The notes beneath the pieces are model-generated. The model saw nothing but the letters and a program-made list of their open reading frames with translations, was not told the DNA's origin and did not search any database. From Chloroflexota bacterium (GTDB lineage Bacteria; Chloroflexota; UBA4733), in assembly GCA_036734945.1 (NCBI GenBank), contig DAIMXP010000002.1, positions 70,981-134,980 of the forward strand: a DNA stretch of 64,000 bases, in the 5' to 3' direction. Below, piece by piece: positions 30,752 through 38,788 of this stretch (position 1 is its first letter; the number at the start of each line of letters is the position of its first letter). The translations under genes and the position numbers were made by a program.

Positions 30752-30805
30752 ATTGCAAATTTGTCGTTATTGCAAGGCCAAAGTTGCAGCATCCTGTCGT
30801 AGACT
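30752..30805 (+). promoter_or_regulatory. upstream element U3 (diverged relative of U1/U2)
   Basis: ATTGCAAATTTGTCGTTATTGCAAGGCCAAAGTTGCAGCATCCTGTCGTAGAC. It keeps TTGCAA-N11-TTGCAA and TTGCAGC-N7-CGTAG at the same relative spacing as U1/U2. Confidence 0.4.
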
Positions 30806-30863
30806 TCTGGGAACCTATCCCCTGGTACGGGCCTGATCGCAGATCCTGCGGGGAGGACCGGGT

Positions 30864-31010
30864 ATGACGTCGAGTGGTCTCACCGAGGTGCAGCTGGCGC
30901 TGGGGCTGATCTTTCTCATCTCCGCCGGGGCCAAACTGCGCAACACGGCCGCTTTTGTGCGCGGACTGGCGGATTATGATGTCAAACTCTTCTCGATGAT
31001 GGCCACATAG
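30864..31010 (+). pseudogene. MauE-like N-terminal stub (48 codons)
   Basis: Own translation: MTSSGLTEVQLALGLIFLISAGAKLRNTAAFVRGLADYDVKLFSMMAT*. It aligns with the first ~45 aa of the MauE-like proteins at 22641 and 37107 and then stops. Confidence 0.6.
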
Positions 31011-31040
31011 TGCGGTAGTACTATATGTTGAGGAGCATCT

Positions 31041-31610
31041 ATGAGCGGTCTTTGGCTAGTCTCGTACGTTGTCATGTGGATCACTATTCTGCTCGTCGTT
31101 GCCTTGCTAATTGGAATCCTAAGGCATATTGGAATATTGTACGAACAGAGCGGCCGGCACCGAGCGTCGACTGATCTTCGTGCAGGTCAGGTTCTTCCTG
31201 ACCTCACCTTGAGTACCTTCGACGGAAGTCGTCTCCGCATATCTCATTTTGCGGGACATGCGACACATTTCGTGGTTGTGGCTCCTAACTGTTCAGCTTG
31301 CGGCGAGTTGCTGAGTCGCTTGCAAAAAGCAGCCAGCGACGACAGCGGTGCCATGGAACGACACGTCATCGTGAGCATGGGAAATCGGGCGGCCACGGCG
31401 GAATTACTTCAAGTGGCCGGAATGGTGCCTAATAGCTCGGTTCTAATTGATGAAGATGAGAAGATCAAAGGGGCTTGGGGAGTTCGGGCTACTCCGGTCA
31501 CACTGGAAGTTGACGAACAACTGAAAGTACTTAGGCAGATCATAGGTGCCGCCGACCTACGTCAACTTCCTCCACTAGTGCAACTCAGCGGAGCGCCGCA
31601 AGCAAACTAG
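31041..31610 (+). CDS. MauD-like membrane-anchored thioredoxin (cassette C)
   Basis: MSGLWLVSYVVMWITILLVVALLIGILRHIGILYEQ ... FVVVAPNCSACGELL. Confidence 0.8.
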   Translation: MSGLWLVSYVVMWITILLVVALLIGILRHIGILYEQSGRHRASTDLRAGQVLPDLTLSTFDGSRLRISHFAGHATHFVVVAPNCSACGELLSRLQKAASDDSGAMERHVIVSMGNRAATAELLQVAGMVPNSSVLIDEDEKIKGAWGVRATPVTLEVDEQLKVLRQIIGAADLRQLPPLVQLSGAPQAN

Positions 31611-31698
31611 CATCCGCTCCCGTAGAGCGAGAGGTGACTCAACAGCCAGATGGGCAGGTATTGCAGATCCTGTGTAGGCGGAAAGTTGAGGTGAGGCG

Positions 31699-32145
31699 AT
31701 GGCTACCGGTTCAAGTGGCCTAATCCCGGCGGTAGTCCCTATGCCAGGTTCCGGCCGGTCATCACCGGTTGCAGCTGTTCCAGGAGTCTGGGCGCACTTC
31801 ACGACCCTTGGGACTGTAGCCGGTGAGCAGTATCTGGGACGCATCGTGGTCGAACTGTTCGATGGGCGTGATCCCCCCGCGGTGGCCTTCATTGGCGCAG
31901 ATCGACAACTCGTTGAACGCGCAGTCGCCGCCTTGGGTGGGGGGGATGTGCCAGGGCCGGAACCTGCTATGTGGCCAGCCGGATCAATCATCGTCCCCAG
32001 CGAGCCAGCCGCAGCGTATCGCGGGCGGATCATGATGGAGTTTTGGCAAAGAACGGTGAAAGTTACCGCGTCGGGATCTGCTGGCAATACGGCGGATCTT
32101 GTCCAGCGAGCACTTCAGGCTTTGCAACGGGTTGGAGCGAGGTAG
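31699..32145 (+). CDS. uncharacterised cytoplasmic protein, family X (copy 2)
   Basis: YLGRIVVELFDG...MWPAGSIIVPSEPAAAYRGRIMMEFW. Paralogue of 26680..27096. Confidence 0.7.
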   Translation: MATGSSGLIPAVVPMPGSGRSSPVAAVPGVWAHFTTLGTVAGEQYLGRIVVELFDGRDPPAVAFIGADRQLVERAVAALGGGDVPGPEPAMWPAGSIIVPSEPAAAYRGRIMMEFWQRTVKVTASGSAGNTADLVQRALQALQRVGAR

Positions 32146-32312
32146 CTGCTCTTTGTCGCCTTCCGACTTCGTACGAGACTAGTTCAACTGGAGCGTCCTT
32201 CTGTAAAGACAAGTGGTGGGTGGCGTCGCTTAGCTCCTGATGTTCAATTGCCAAAACGCAGCGGAGTACCGCAAGCAAACAAGCATCCTCATTTAGTCGG
32301 GGGAGAGGCCGG

Positions 32313-32702
32313 ATGGATATGACCAGGCACGACGTGACAGACAGACTCGGCGATCAACGCGCGGAACTGGGAGCATTCGATCGACTGACCAAAGCAACAG
32401 CGCTAGCATTGTCTCGGCGGCGAGTGCTAGTCGCTGGAGTGGTTACCTGGGCGGTACAACTGCTCGGCGTCGAGATCGCCAGCGCAAACGCATGCGAGTA
32501 CGGGTGCAACACTTGCTGCTTCGCTGCATGCGGGAATTGCGGCGTTTGTCCACCGGGAGGTGCCATGTGTTGCAGCTCAGGCGGCGTTTGCCAATCGGTT
32601 CCTTGCTGCAGGTGCGGAAGTTGTGGCGCATGTGGCTACTTTAGTCTTTGCTTCAAGGTCTGTGATGATGGCTGTAGTGAGACTTGGTGCCCCGCATGCT
32701 AG
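32313..32702 (+). CDS. Tat-signal cysteine-rich precursor P3 (58-aa leader + 71-aa core, 20 Cys)
   Basis: ...AFDRLTKATALALSRRRVLVAGVVTWAVQLLGVEIASA | NACEYGCNTCCFAACGNCGVCPPGGAMCCSSGGVCQSVPCCRCGSCGACGYFSLCFKVCDDGCSETWCPAC. Confidence 0.8.
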   Translation: MDMTRHDVTDRLGDQRAELGAFDRLTKATALALSRRRVLVAGVVTWAVQLLGVEIASANACEYGCNTCCFAACGNCGVCPPGGAMCCSSGGVCQSVPCCRCGSCGACGYFSLCFKVCDDGCSETWCPAC

Positions 32703-33201
32703 GCGACACGCAGTGTTATGGCGATGGAGCGGCATGATCATTAGCAGAGGAGGCTTGGTCGGCGCCTGGAAAGAGTCCGCTCGGATGAAGACACTCCATC
32801 AAGTTGAACGCCCTCGCGGTAGCGCGGGGAGTGTTGTTCCACTTCGGATGCGCGTCTCTGAATCTGGTGGATGAGCGGGAAGCACCCTGTCTCTGCCGAT
32901 CTGGCCAACCAAGCGCAGGAGGCACCTTGAATGGTGGGATCGTGGAAAAGATGGTGACTGAATTGCTCGGGCAGGCGAAGTACCAATGCAACGGCGCCCA
33001 AGTACGCGCCGACGCAGCGAGATTGAAGCCGGGGAGTCTGCTAAGAGAATCACGCTGATGATCGGTCGCCGCTCATTGATGGCGGAAGGTGTGCGTGTAA
33101 CCAGAGAAGCCATTGAGATGCGACAGAATTGACAGTTGGCACCAATTGGCCCAGCGCTGTTGGGCGATTGGGCGTCACCGCCTTAGAAAGGAGCGATTAC
33201 C

Positions 33202-33618
33202 ATGGAACCCGATGCCGCGGCCACGCAATGGAGCGCGGCCCTTCGCAAATCCGGTACCTTCGATCGGCTGATCAAGGCTACGGCGATCAGGCTGTCTCGT
33301 CGCCGCTTCGCCGGGAATGTGCTGGCCGCGACAGCGGCCGCCTGGGCGGTGCAGCTATTAGGCTTCCCTACGCCCCCCGTATATGCATTTGACTGCACCA
33401 ATTGCAATTGCTGTACCGGTGTCTGTAGCTGCCTATACGCCCCCGCGAGTTGTTGTAGCCCGAATGGTGTCTACTGCTACTCGGGAGATTGCACTTGTCA
33501 GGGTCGAGACTGTCAGTGCGGATGCTTTGCAATGTTCTTCAACGTCTGCAATGACGGATCACATGCCACGAGTTGCCCGGCCTGCAACTACCCTTGTCCA
33601 ACCTGCAACCCTTGTTGA
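33202..33618 (+). CDS. Tat-signal cysteine-rich precursor P4 (62-aa leader + 76-aa core, 20 Cys)
   Basis: ATG follows AAAGGAG. ...TFDRLIKATAIRLSRRRFAGNVLAATAAAWAVQLLGFPTPPVYA | FDCTNCNCCTGVCSCLYAPASCCSPNGVYCYSGDCTCQGRDCQCGC...CPTCNPC. Confidence 0.8.
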   Translation: MEPDAAATQWSAALRKSGTFDRLIKATAIRLSRRRFAGNVLAATAAAWAVQLLGFPTPPVYAFDCTNCNCCTGVCSCLYAPASCCSPNGVYCYSGDCTCQGRDCQCGCFAMFFNVCNDGSHATSCPACNYPCPTCNPC

Positions 33619-33756
33619 GACAAGTCTGACCTCTTACGAAAATTCTCGAAGTGGGGGAAGTGTGTTTCTTCTCGCGAGAGAGCAAGCGGGTTCTGGGTTG
33701 ACGGTTACAGCAGAGCGTCAATGAGCGGTGAGGTAAAGCTTCGAGGAGGTGGCATA

Positions 33757-34200
33757 ATGTCAGGAGTCGGTTATCAGCCAACATTCGCGCCAGTACGAGT
33801 GCCCCAACAATGGATCGCCCGAATAGGCCCGAGTAGTAGTCCCGCCGTTTGGTCATTGGTTCCGACATTGGGGCGGGTGGCTAGCGAGAAGTATTTGGGC
33901 CGCATCGTGGTAGAGGTCTTCGACACTGGAGGTAAAATCGCCCTGCTTGGCATCGGGAAGGAATACATCCCACGGGCGATCGCGGCTCTGCAACAGACGG
34001 GGGCATTGCCGCACGAGACGACAGTTTGGCCTTCCGAACCAATCATGGGCCACCAATTACCCGACCAGACCTACCGTGGCTGAGTTGTCGTTGAGATGTG
34101 GGAGGTGGGTACTAAAGTGAATGGATCGTCCAGCACCGATGCGAGCGTAAGCTTGTTGCATCGAGCCAGCGAGGCCTTGAGGATTTTCCCTATCCTGTGA
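33757..34200 (+). pseudogene. family X paralogue (copy 3) with in-frame TGA at 34081-34083
   Basis: KYLGRIVVEVFDTGG...VWPSEPIMGHQLPDQTYRG*VVVEMWEVGTKVNGSS...ALRIFPIL*. The TGA replaces the Arg of the conserved YRGR(V/I)xxEFW motif, and the frame stays open to 34200. Confidence 0.6.
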
Positions 34201-34966
34201 GAACGACTTCGGCCATCCCCACAATCCTGGGCCAAGTGATGACCAGGAGGACAGCATTGGCGCGCCAGAGTTCATTCACCTCGGGCTGAAAGGCGGACGT
34301 GCGAACGCTCCTCCGAGATGGAAGTCCACAACGGGTCGCGTCCCGCGGAACTGTGGTCATGCCGTCCGCTTGGATGTTGGCTGGTACCTGCGGCGTTTGC
34401 GCGGCGCCGTGCAAAGGAACATGGACCAGATGAAGCAACAGGCCCGCCTTGCTTCGCCCGTGCGCTGCGTTGGTTGCATGCCTTCCGCGAATGCCGGTCC
34501 GGGCGGCCCCTCCGAGCTCAGCGGAGCCGTGGGCGACACCGCCCAGGCGGTGGCAGGCCTCGCACTTGACAACGTGGCCGAACAGGAAGGCTCCGGGTCA
34601 GCAGCAGGAACATCCACATCGGCCAGTGCGCATGCGGTCGCGGTAGCTGCGCCGAAAGGCGGTGACGTAGCCGGGCAGGCCCACCGCATGGCAGTGCATG
34701 TTCCCCTGCCCGATCGGCCCACGCAACTCACATTCAGGCTGGTGGCAGAAGTGGTCCTGCCGGTCCAACGCCAGCTCCCCATGCTCCTCATGGATACGTC
34801 CTTGATGGATACGTCCTTGCAAGCGCAGCTGGGCCGGACGGACCCAGCCCTCTTCAACCGATCAACCGCCGATTACGGTTCCACGGAATGCTGCCCGACT
34901 ACCGCTGTCTGAACCTTTCGCCATCGCGAGAGATATATATTAGGGAGTAGAAAGGACGGGAACGTC

Positions 34967-35554
34967 GTGCGACTTGACTATCTCAACGAGCAGACGGCCG
35001 TTCGTCTCTGTCAGCGAGGCGATCCTGCAGGTCTGGCTTCGCTCGTGCTGCGACAACAGGCTGAAGCGCTCAGAGTGGCTGCGTTGATCACCCGAGATCC
35101 GCAACTCGCGGAAGATGTCGTGGCGGATGCCTTTCTCACCGCGTTTCGACGCATCCATAGCTTTGATGCTGAGCGCCCGTTCCGGCCTTGGTTCCTGCGC
35201 GTGGTTACGAATACGGCGCTGAAGTCGCTCCGCTCTCGTCGTCGCGAGATACCCTGGCTTGCTACTGCGGATCATGGGTCGTCTACGGTACCCGTGCCCT
35301 TCGGTATCGCTGCGCGGGCGGAGGAGAGCACAGCCAAGGACATAGCGACGGTAGACGATCATGAAACCGTCCGTTGGGCACTGCGGGCACTTCCACCGAA
35401 GCAACGCGCTGCGATCATTCTCAGGTACTTCGCTGATCTGAACGAAGGGGAAATCGCGCTGGCACTGGGCATTCCAAGGGGAACGGTGAAGTCGCGTCTT
35501 TCCAATGGAATTGCTCGCTTGCGCGTCAAACTCGTCGAGACCTGGCCATCCTAA
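34967..35554 (+). CDS. ECF-type sigma-70 family factor (1)
   Basis: Region 2 (AEDVVADAFLTAFRRIHSFDAERPFRPWFLRVVTN) and region 4 (LPPKQRAAIILRYFADLNEGEIALALGIPRGTVKSRL). GTG start. Confidence 0.85.
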   Translation: MRLDYLNEQTAVRLCQRGDPAGLASLVLRQQAEALRVAALITRDPQLAEDVVADAFLTAFRRIHSFDAERPFRPWFLRVVTNTALKSLRSRRREIPWLATADHGSSTVPVPFGIAARAEESTAKDIATVDDHETVRWALRALPPKQRAAIILRYFADLNEGEIALALGIPRGTVKSRLSNGIARLRVKLVETWPS

Positions 35555-35572
35555 GCACTTGGAGGTTCCAAC

Positions 35573-36931
35573 ATGGATCCGTCAACCATTCGCCAAGTCC
35601 TGGAAGAGGAAGCCGAAGTATTGGTTCCTTTCCCTGCCGATCTCAGGCCACGCGTTCTGCTAGCGCTCAGCGCTGAGCGCGCCGCCGCGCAGAGACGGCG
35701 CTTTGGTGTCGTTGGAGCCATCCTTGTGGCGGTTGTCGCGCTTGCCGTCACTCTGGGGCCCGCCTACGCGGGCGCTATCGGCCAAGACGTGGTCGCGCGA
35801 CTGCAGGTAGCGCTTGGTGGAAGGACCGAAGTGCAAATGCAGCGCGACGTGCAAGCGCCAGTCGCTGTCGCTCCCAGTCCTCCCTTTTCCGTATTCCAGC
35901 CGACCGCCCTTCCCGTGGACCTGCCGCGTCGTGGGGTGACCTATGACCCCGGCGCGATAGACCCCGCTACGGGGCTGCGCTTACCCTCGGTGGAGGGAAC
36001 AGGTGACGTCGACTACGTGCGCCTTGGTCTTCGCATCGAGCGGCGGGATGCGTTTCTCCTCGTGCGCTACGTCGGCTCAGCCGACCGGGGCACCGGGGGT
36101 CGCGAACTCATTCTACTCGAGCGCCAGGCGACACACGCGGAGCAACTTCCCGCTGGCTCCCGCATGCAAGTCCTCGGTCAGCCAGCGTCACTCGGAAGGA
36201 CAGCGAACGGGCTCCTGCTGTCCACCATCATGAGTGGTACCTGGCTACAGGTCTGGACGAATGTGAGTCAGATGGAGCTGGATCAGGTTGTGCGAAGCTT
36301 ACAAATGACTTCCCCTGGCAACGGCGCACCGGCACCTCCGACCTATCCAACGGCGACACCCGCTCCCAGCCCTGTTCCCGGCAGCTATCCTCCCTTAGTG
36401 CATCCGACATATCTCCCGGCCGGCTTCGACAACGCGAGTATCGGCTACTTTACGATCCCTCCTGAGGGCCAGAACCTCAGGCTTCCACCGTTGAATTCCG
36501 GGGTCTCCGGGCCGGTCCGACGATCGGACCTCAAGCCGATTCTGGAGCGGCTTGACTGGCCGCAAATCGAAAAGGCCTGGAACGCCGTAGGAGGCGGCGT
36601 GTTCGGAGGCTTCTTTACGGGCGACACCAAGTTGGACTTTCTTGAGATCGGACCGGTCCGTCTCGATGGCAGCCCGGATGGCACTGCTATGACCACCGAC
36701 GGAGGCCGCACCGTCTGGATGGTCGGGAGTGAGGCAGGCGCCGGGTTCAAAGCCCGCTGGCGAGACGGTTCTCCTTTGGATCTCACGGAGAGCTACCTTG
36801 CCCAAAACCCCAATCCCAGAGCGCGAGAGGTAGTCATCTGGGTCGATGGAGATCGCGTCGTGTGGCTACGCTCCGACCTACCGCAGACCGAGATGCTCAG
36901 ATTCATCGACGGGCTGACGACGAATCGCTGA
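35573..36931 (+). CDS. single-pass membrane protein, putative anti-sigma factor with large extracytoplasmic domain
   Basis: Starts 19 bp after the sigma gene. Short cytoplasmic N-terminus, then TM segment FGVVGAILVAVVALAVTLG, then ~380 aa outside the membrane. No zf-HC2 motif was seen, so the role is inferred from position. Confidence 0.5.
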   Translation: MDPSTIRQVLEEEAEVLVPFPADLRPRVLLALSAERAAAQRRRFGVVGAILVAVVALAVTLGPAYAGAIGQDVVARLQVALGGRTEVQMQRDVQAPVAVAPSPPFSVFQPTALPVDLPRRGVTYDPGAIDPATGLRLPSVEGTGDVDYVRLGLRIERRDAFLLVRYVGSADRGTGGRELILLERQATHAEQLPAGSRMQVLGQPASLGRTANGLLLSTIMSGTWLQVWTNVSQMELDQVVRSLQMTSPGNGAPAPPTYPTATPAPSPVPGSYPPLVHPTYLPAGFDNASIGYFTIPPEGQNLRLPPLNSGVSGPVRRSDLKPILERLDWPQIEKAWNAVGGGVFGGFFTGDTKLDFLEIGPVRLDGSPDGTAMTTDGGRTVWMVGSEAGAGFKARWRDGSPLDLTESYLAQNPNPRAREVVIWVDGDRVVWLRSDLPQTEMLRFIDGLTTNR

Positions 36932-37106
36932 CACTTCAGCAGGTTGGCATACGTTCTGAATGTCGGCGGCGACAATCTCGTGAATCATATCCGGTCGCAT
37001 GCTGGCGCAACCGAACATTGCAGAATCGCCCTCATTCACAGAGAATAATTGCGCCGAAACGCTGTAAGATTTCCACACTGATAGTCAAAGGGCATGGAGG
37101 CAGGGC

Positions 37107-37682
37107 ATGCCGCTCGCGATCACGTCAGCGGTTCAAGCCGGTTTAGCATTCTTTGTCGGTGTCGTTCTCCTGCTCTCCGGCGCTCCAAAAATCGCGGCTC
37201 CGCGCTCGTTTGTCCGTGTCGTGGTCGATTACGAGGTGCTTCCTACCGCACTCGCGCGCCTCTATGGCGTTGCATTGCCTTGGGTGGAGTGCGTGGTTGG
37301 TTTGCTGCTGCTGACCGGCTTCTTGTTGCAGGTCGCGGCCGGGCTCGCCGTCCTCACATTCGTGAGCTTCTTGATCGCGGTGTCCATCAATCTGCGCCGT
37401 GGGCGCGACATGGACTGCCACTGTTTTGGCGACGCTCTTTCTGATCGCATCGGTCGGAGTACGGTCGTGCGCTTGGTGTTGGTTCTTATCCCTTCCTTGC
37501 TTGTGCTGCTGTCCGCGCCGCCGGGAGTAGGCGGTCCCTGGATCGGTGGTCAGGCCTCACGCCTCGGTGGCGATCTTGGGATTCTCCTTCCGCTAGCCTT
37601 CGTGTCCCTCACGCTGGTGTTGCTGTACGTCCTAGTGACGCAGGTGCTCGCCATGGCCGAACAGCGGGCGAGTAATGCCTGA
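37107..37682 (+). CDS. MauE/DoxX-family redox-associated membrane protein (cassette E)
   Basis: GVVLLLSGAPKIAAPRSFVRVVVDYEVLP...LPWVECVVGLLLLTGF...DCHCFGD. Confidence 0.8.
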   Translation: MPLAITSAVQAGLAFFVGVVLLLSGAPKIAAPRSFVRVVVDYEVLPTALARLYGVALPWVECVVGLLLLTGFLLQVAAGLAVLTFVSFLIAVSINLRRGRDMDCHCFGDALSDRIGRSTVVRLVLVLIPSLLVLLSAPPGVGGPWIGGQASRLGGDLGILLPLAFVSLTLVLLYVLVTQVLAMAEQRASNA

Positions 37683-37720
37683 TACGCCATTGGGGTAAAA
37701 CACGAAAGGAGCGTTGATCG

Positions 37721-38347
37721 GTGAACGGCGCCTGGCTGGCTTCGTACGTCGTGATGTGGGTCCTTTTGCTCGTAGTCGGCTTCTTGGTGCTTGGTTTACT
37801 CCGCCAAGTCGGGCTACTCAACGAGCGCCTCGTGAAAACCGATCAATCCAGAGTTGCAGGGCTTGATCCTGGCGCAACTGCGCCACTGTTCCACGCCATT
37901 GGCTTGAACGGTCGAGAGATCTCGCTCGGCGGGCTCATGGATCAGGAGAAGACCGTCTTGCTCGTGTTCGCCAGTCCGCGCTGCGGCCCGTGCGTGCAGA
38001 TGGCCTCGGTGTTCGAGGCGTTCTATCAGCGGGTAAGCGACCGCGGATGGGAAGTGCTTATGGTCGGTGTCGGCACCGGCCGCGCCGGGGTCGAGGCCTA
38101 TGCCAGAGATACGGGCGTGCATTTCCCGCTCATTGCTCAGGAGCGTGACGAGATCTCGTTGCCTTATAAGTTTGCGGGGTCGCCGTTCGCTTTCGTTCTA
38201 CATGGCGGCATCGTTAAGGCGCGACGGAAGGTCGAGGACGAGCAGCAGTTTGCCGTGCTATTGCGGGAAGGAGGGTTCTCATCGACAGGGAATGCACTGT
38301 TACCGGCGGTGGCCAACGGGAAACGAGCGCTCTTTGCAGGGCGTTGA
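37721..38347 (+). CDS. MauD-like membrane-anchored thioredoxin (cassette E)
   Basis: (V)NGAWLASYVVMWVLLLVVGFLVLGLLRQVGLLNERL ... LLVFASPRCGPCVQM (CGPC). Confidence 0.8.
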   Translation: MNGAWLASYVVMWVLLLVVGFLVLGLLRQVGLLNERLVKTDQSRVAGLDPGATAPLFHAIGLNGREISLGGLMDQEKTVLLVFASPRCGPCVQMASVFEAFYQRVSDRGWEVLMVGVGTGRAGVEAYARDTGVHFPLIAQERDEISLPYKFAGSPFAFVLHGGIVKARRKVEDEQQFAVLLREGGFSSTGNALLPAVANGKRALFAGR

Positions 38348-38398
38348 GCACGCTCCAACTCGGGAGTATTCGAGGCAGAGTAAGAGGGAGTGGCGGCG

Positions 38399-38788
38399 AT
38401 GAATAAGATATTGTGGGATGAGAGCTTTCGGGATCTTACGGTGCAACTTGCGCGCGCGGAAGCGCGCCGAGGCTTTCTCAAGATGGCAGGAAAGGTGGCC
38501 GGGCTAACCGCTGGTGCCCTATTCGGCTCAAGCACCGTCGCCTGGGCGAGTAAGGGAACACCGGATTGCGTACCCGACTGTAGCTGTACGATCTCCTGCG
38601 ACCCGGGTTCTGCTTGCAATTGCCATCCTGGCGATCACAGTTATTGTGGGTCATGTACAACGAGCCATGGCACTATTGGCGTCACGACTACTGTTGACTG
38701 TTCCTGCACAACGTACGTCAACTGCTGCACAGGGGTGCCGTGTCAGACATACTGCAATTCAACTACTGACTGTCCTGATTGTCCGTGA
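38399..38788 (+). CDS. Tat-signal cysteine-rich precursor P5 (50-aa leader + 79-aa core, 16 Cys)
   Basis: ATG at 38399 follows AGGGAG (the ORF track starts at GTG 38390). ...ARRGFLKMAGKVAGLTAGALFGSSTVAWA | SKGTPDCVPDCSCTISCDPGSACNCHPGDHSYCGSC...NCCTGVPCQTYCNSTTDCPDCP. Confidence 0.8.
   Translation: MNKILWDESFRDLTVQLARAEARRGFLKMAGKVAGLTAGALFGSSTVAWASKGTPDCVPDCSCTISCDPGSACNCHPGDHSYCGSCTTSHGTIGVTTTVDCSCTTYVNCCTGVPCQTYCNSTTDCPDCP

Noticed and set aside
34081-34083. TGA in the family-X paralogue as selenocysteine recoding
   Set aside because: The aligned position is Arg in both paralogues, not Cys. There is no redox motif context. I saw no convincing SECIS-like hairpin directly downstream. A nonsense mutation or sequencing error is the simpler explanation.
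34357-34857. IS200/IS605 TnpB-like or HNH-like remnant on the minus strand
   Set aside because: I tried to match the Cys/His patterns (CHQPEC, HCH, CEACH) to a TnpB zinc ribbon or an HNH motif. The spacings and the flanking conserved residues do not fit.
23897-38788. Cys-rich precursors as classical RiPPs (lanthipeptide, sactipeptide, ranthipeptide, thiopeptide)
   Set aside because: - No LanB/C/M, radical-SAM, YcaO or peptidase-domain ABC exporter gene is visible in the window.
- The leaders look like ordinary Tat signals with AxA signal-peptidase sites rather than RiPP leaders.
- The SAM methyltransferase keeps a tailoring role formally possible.
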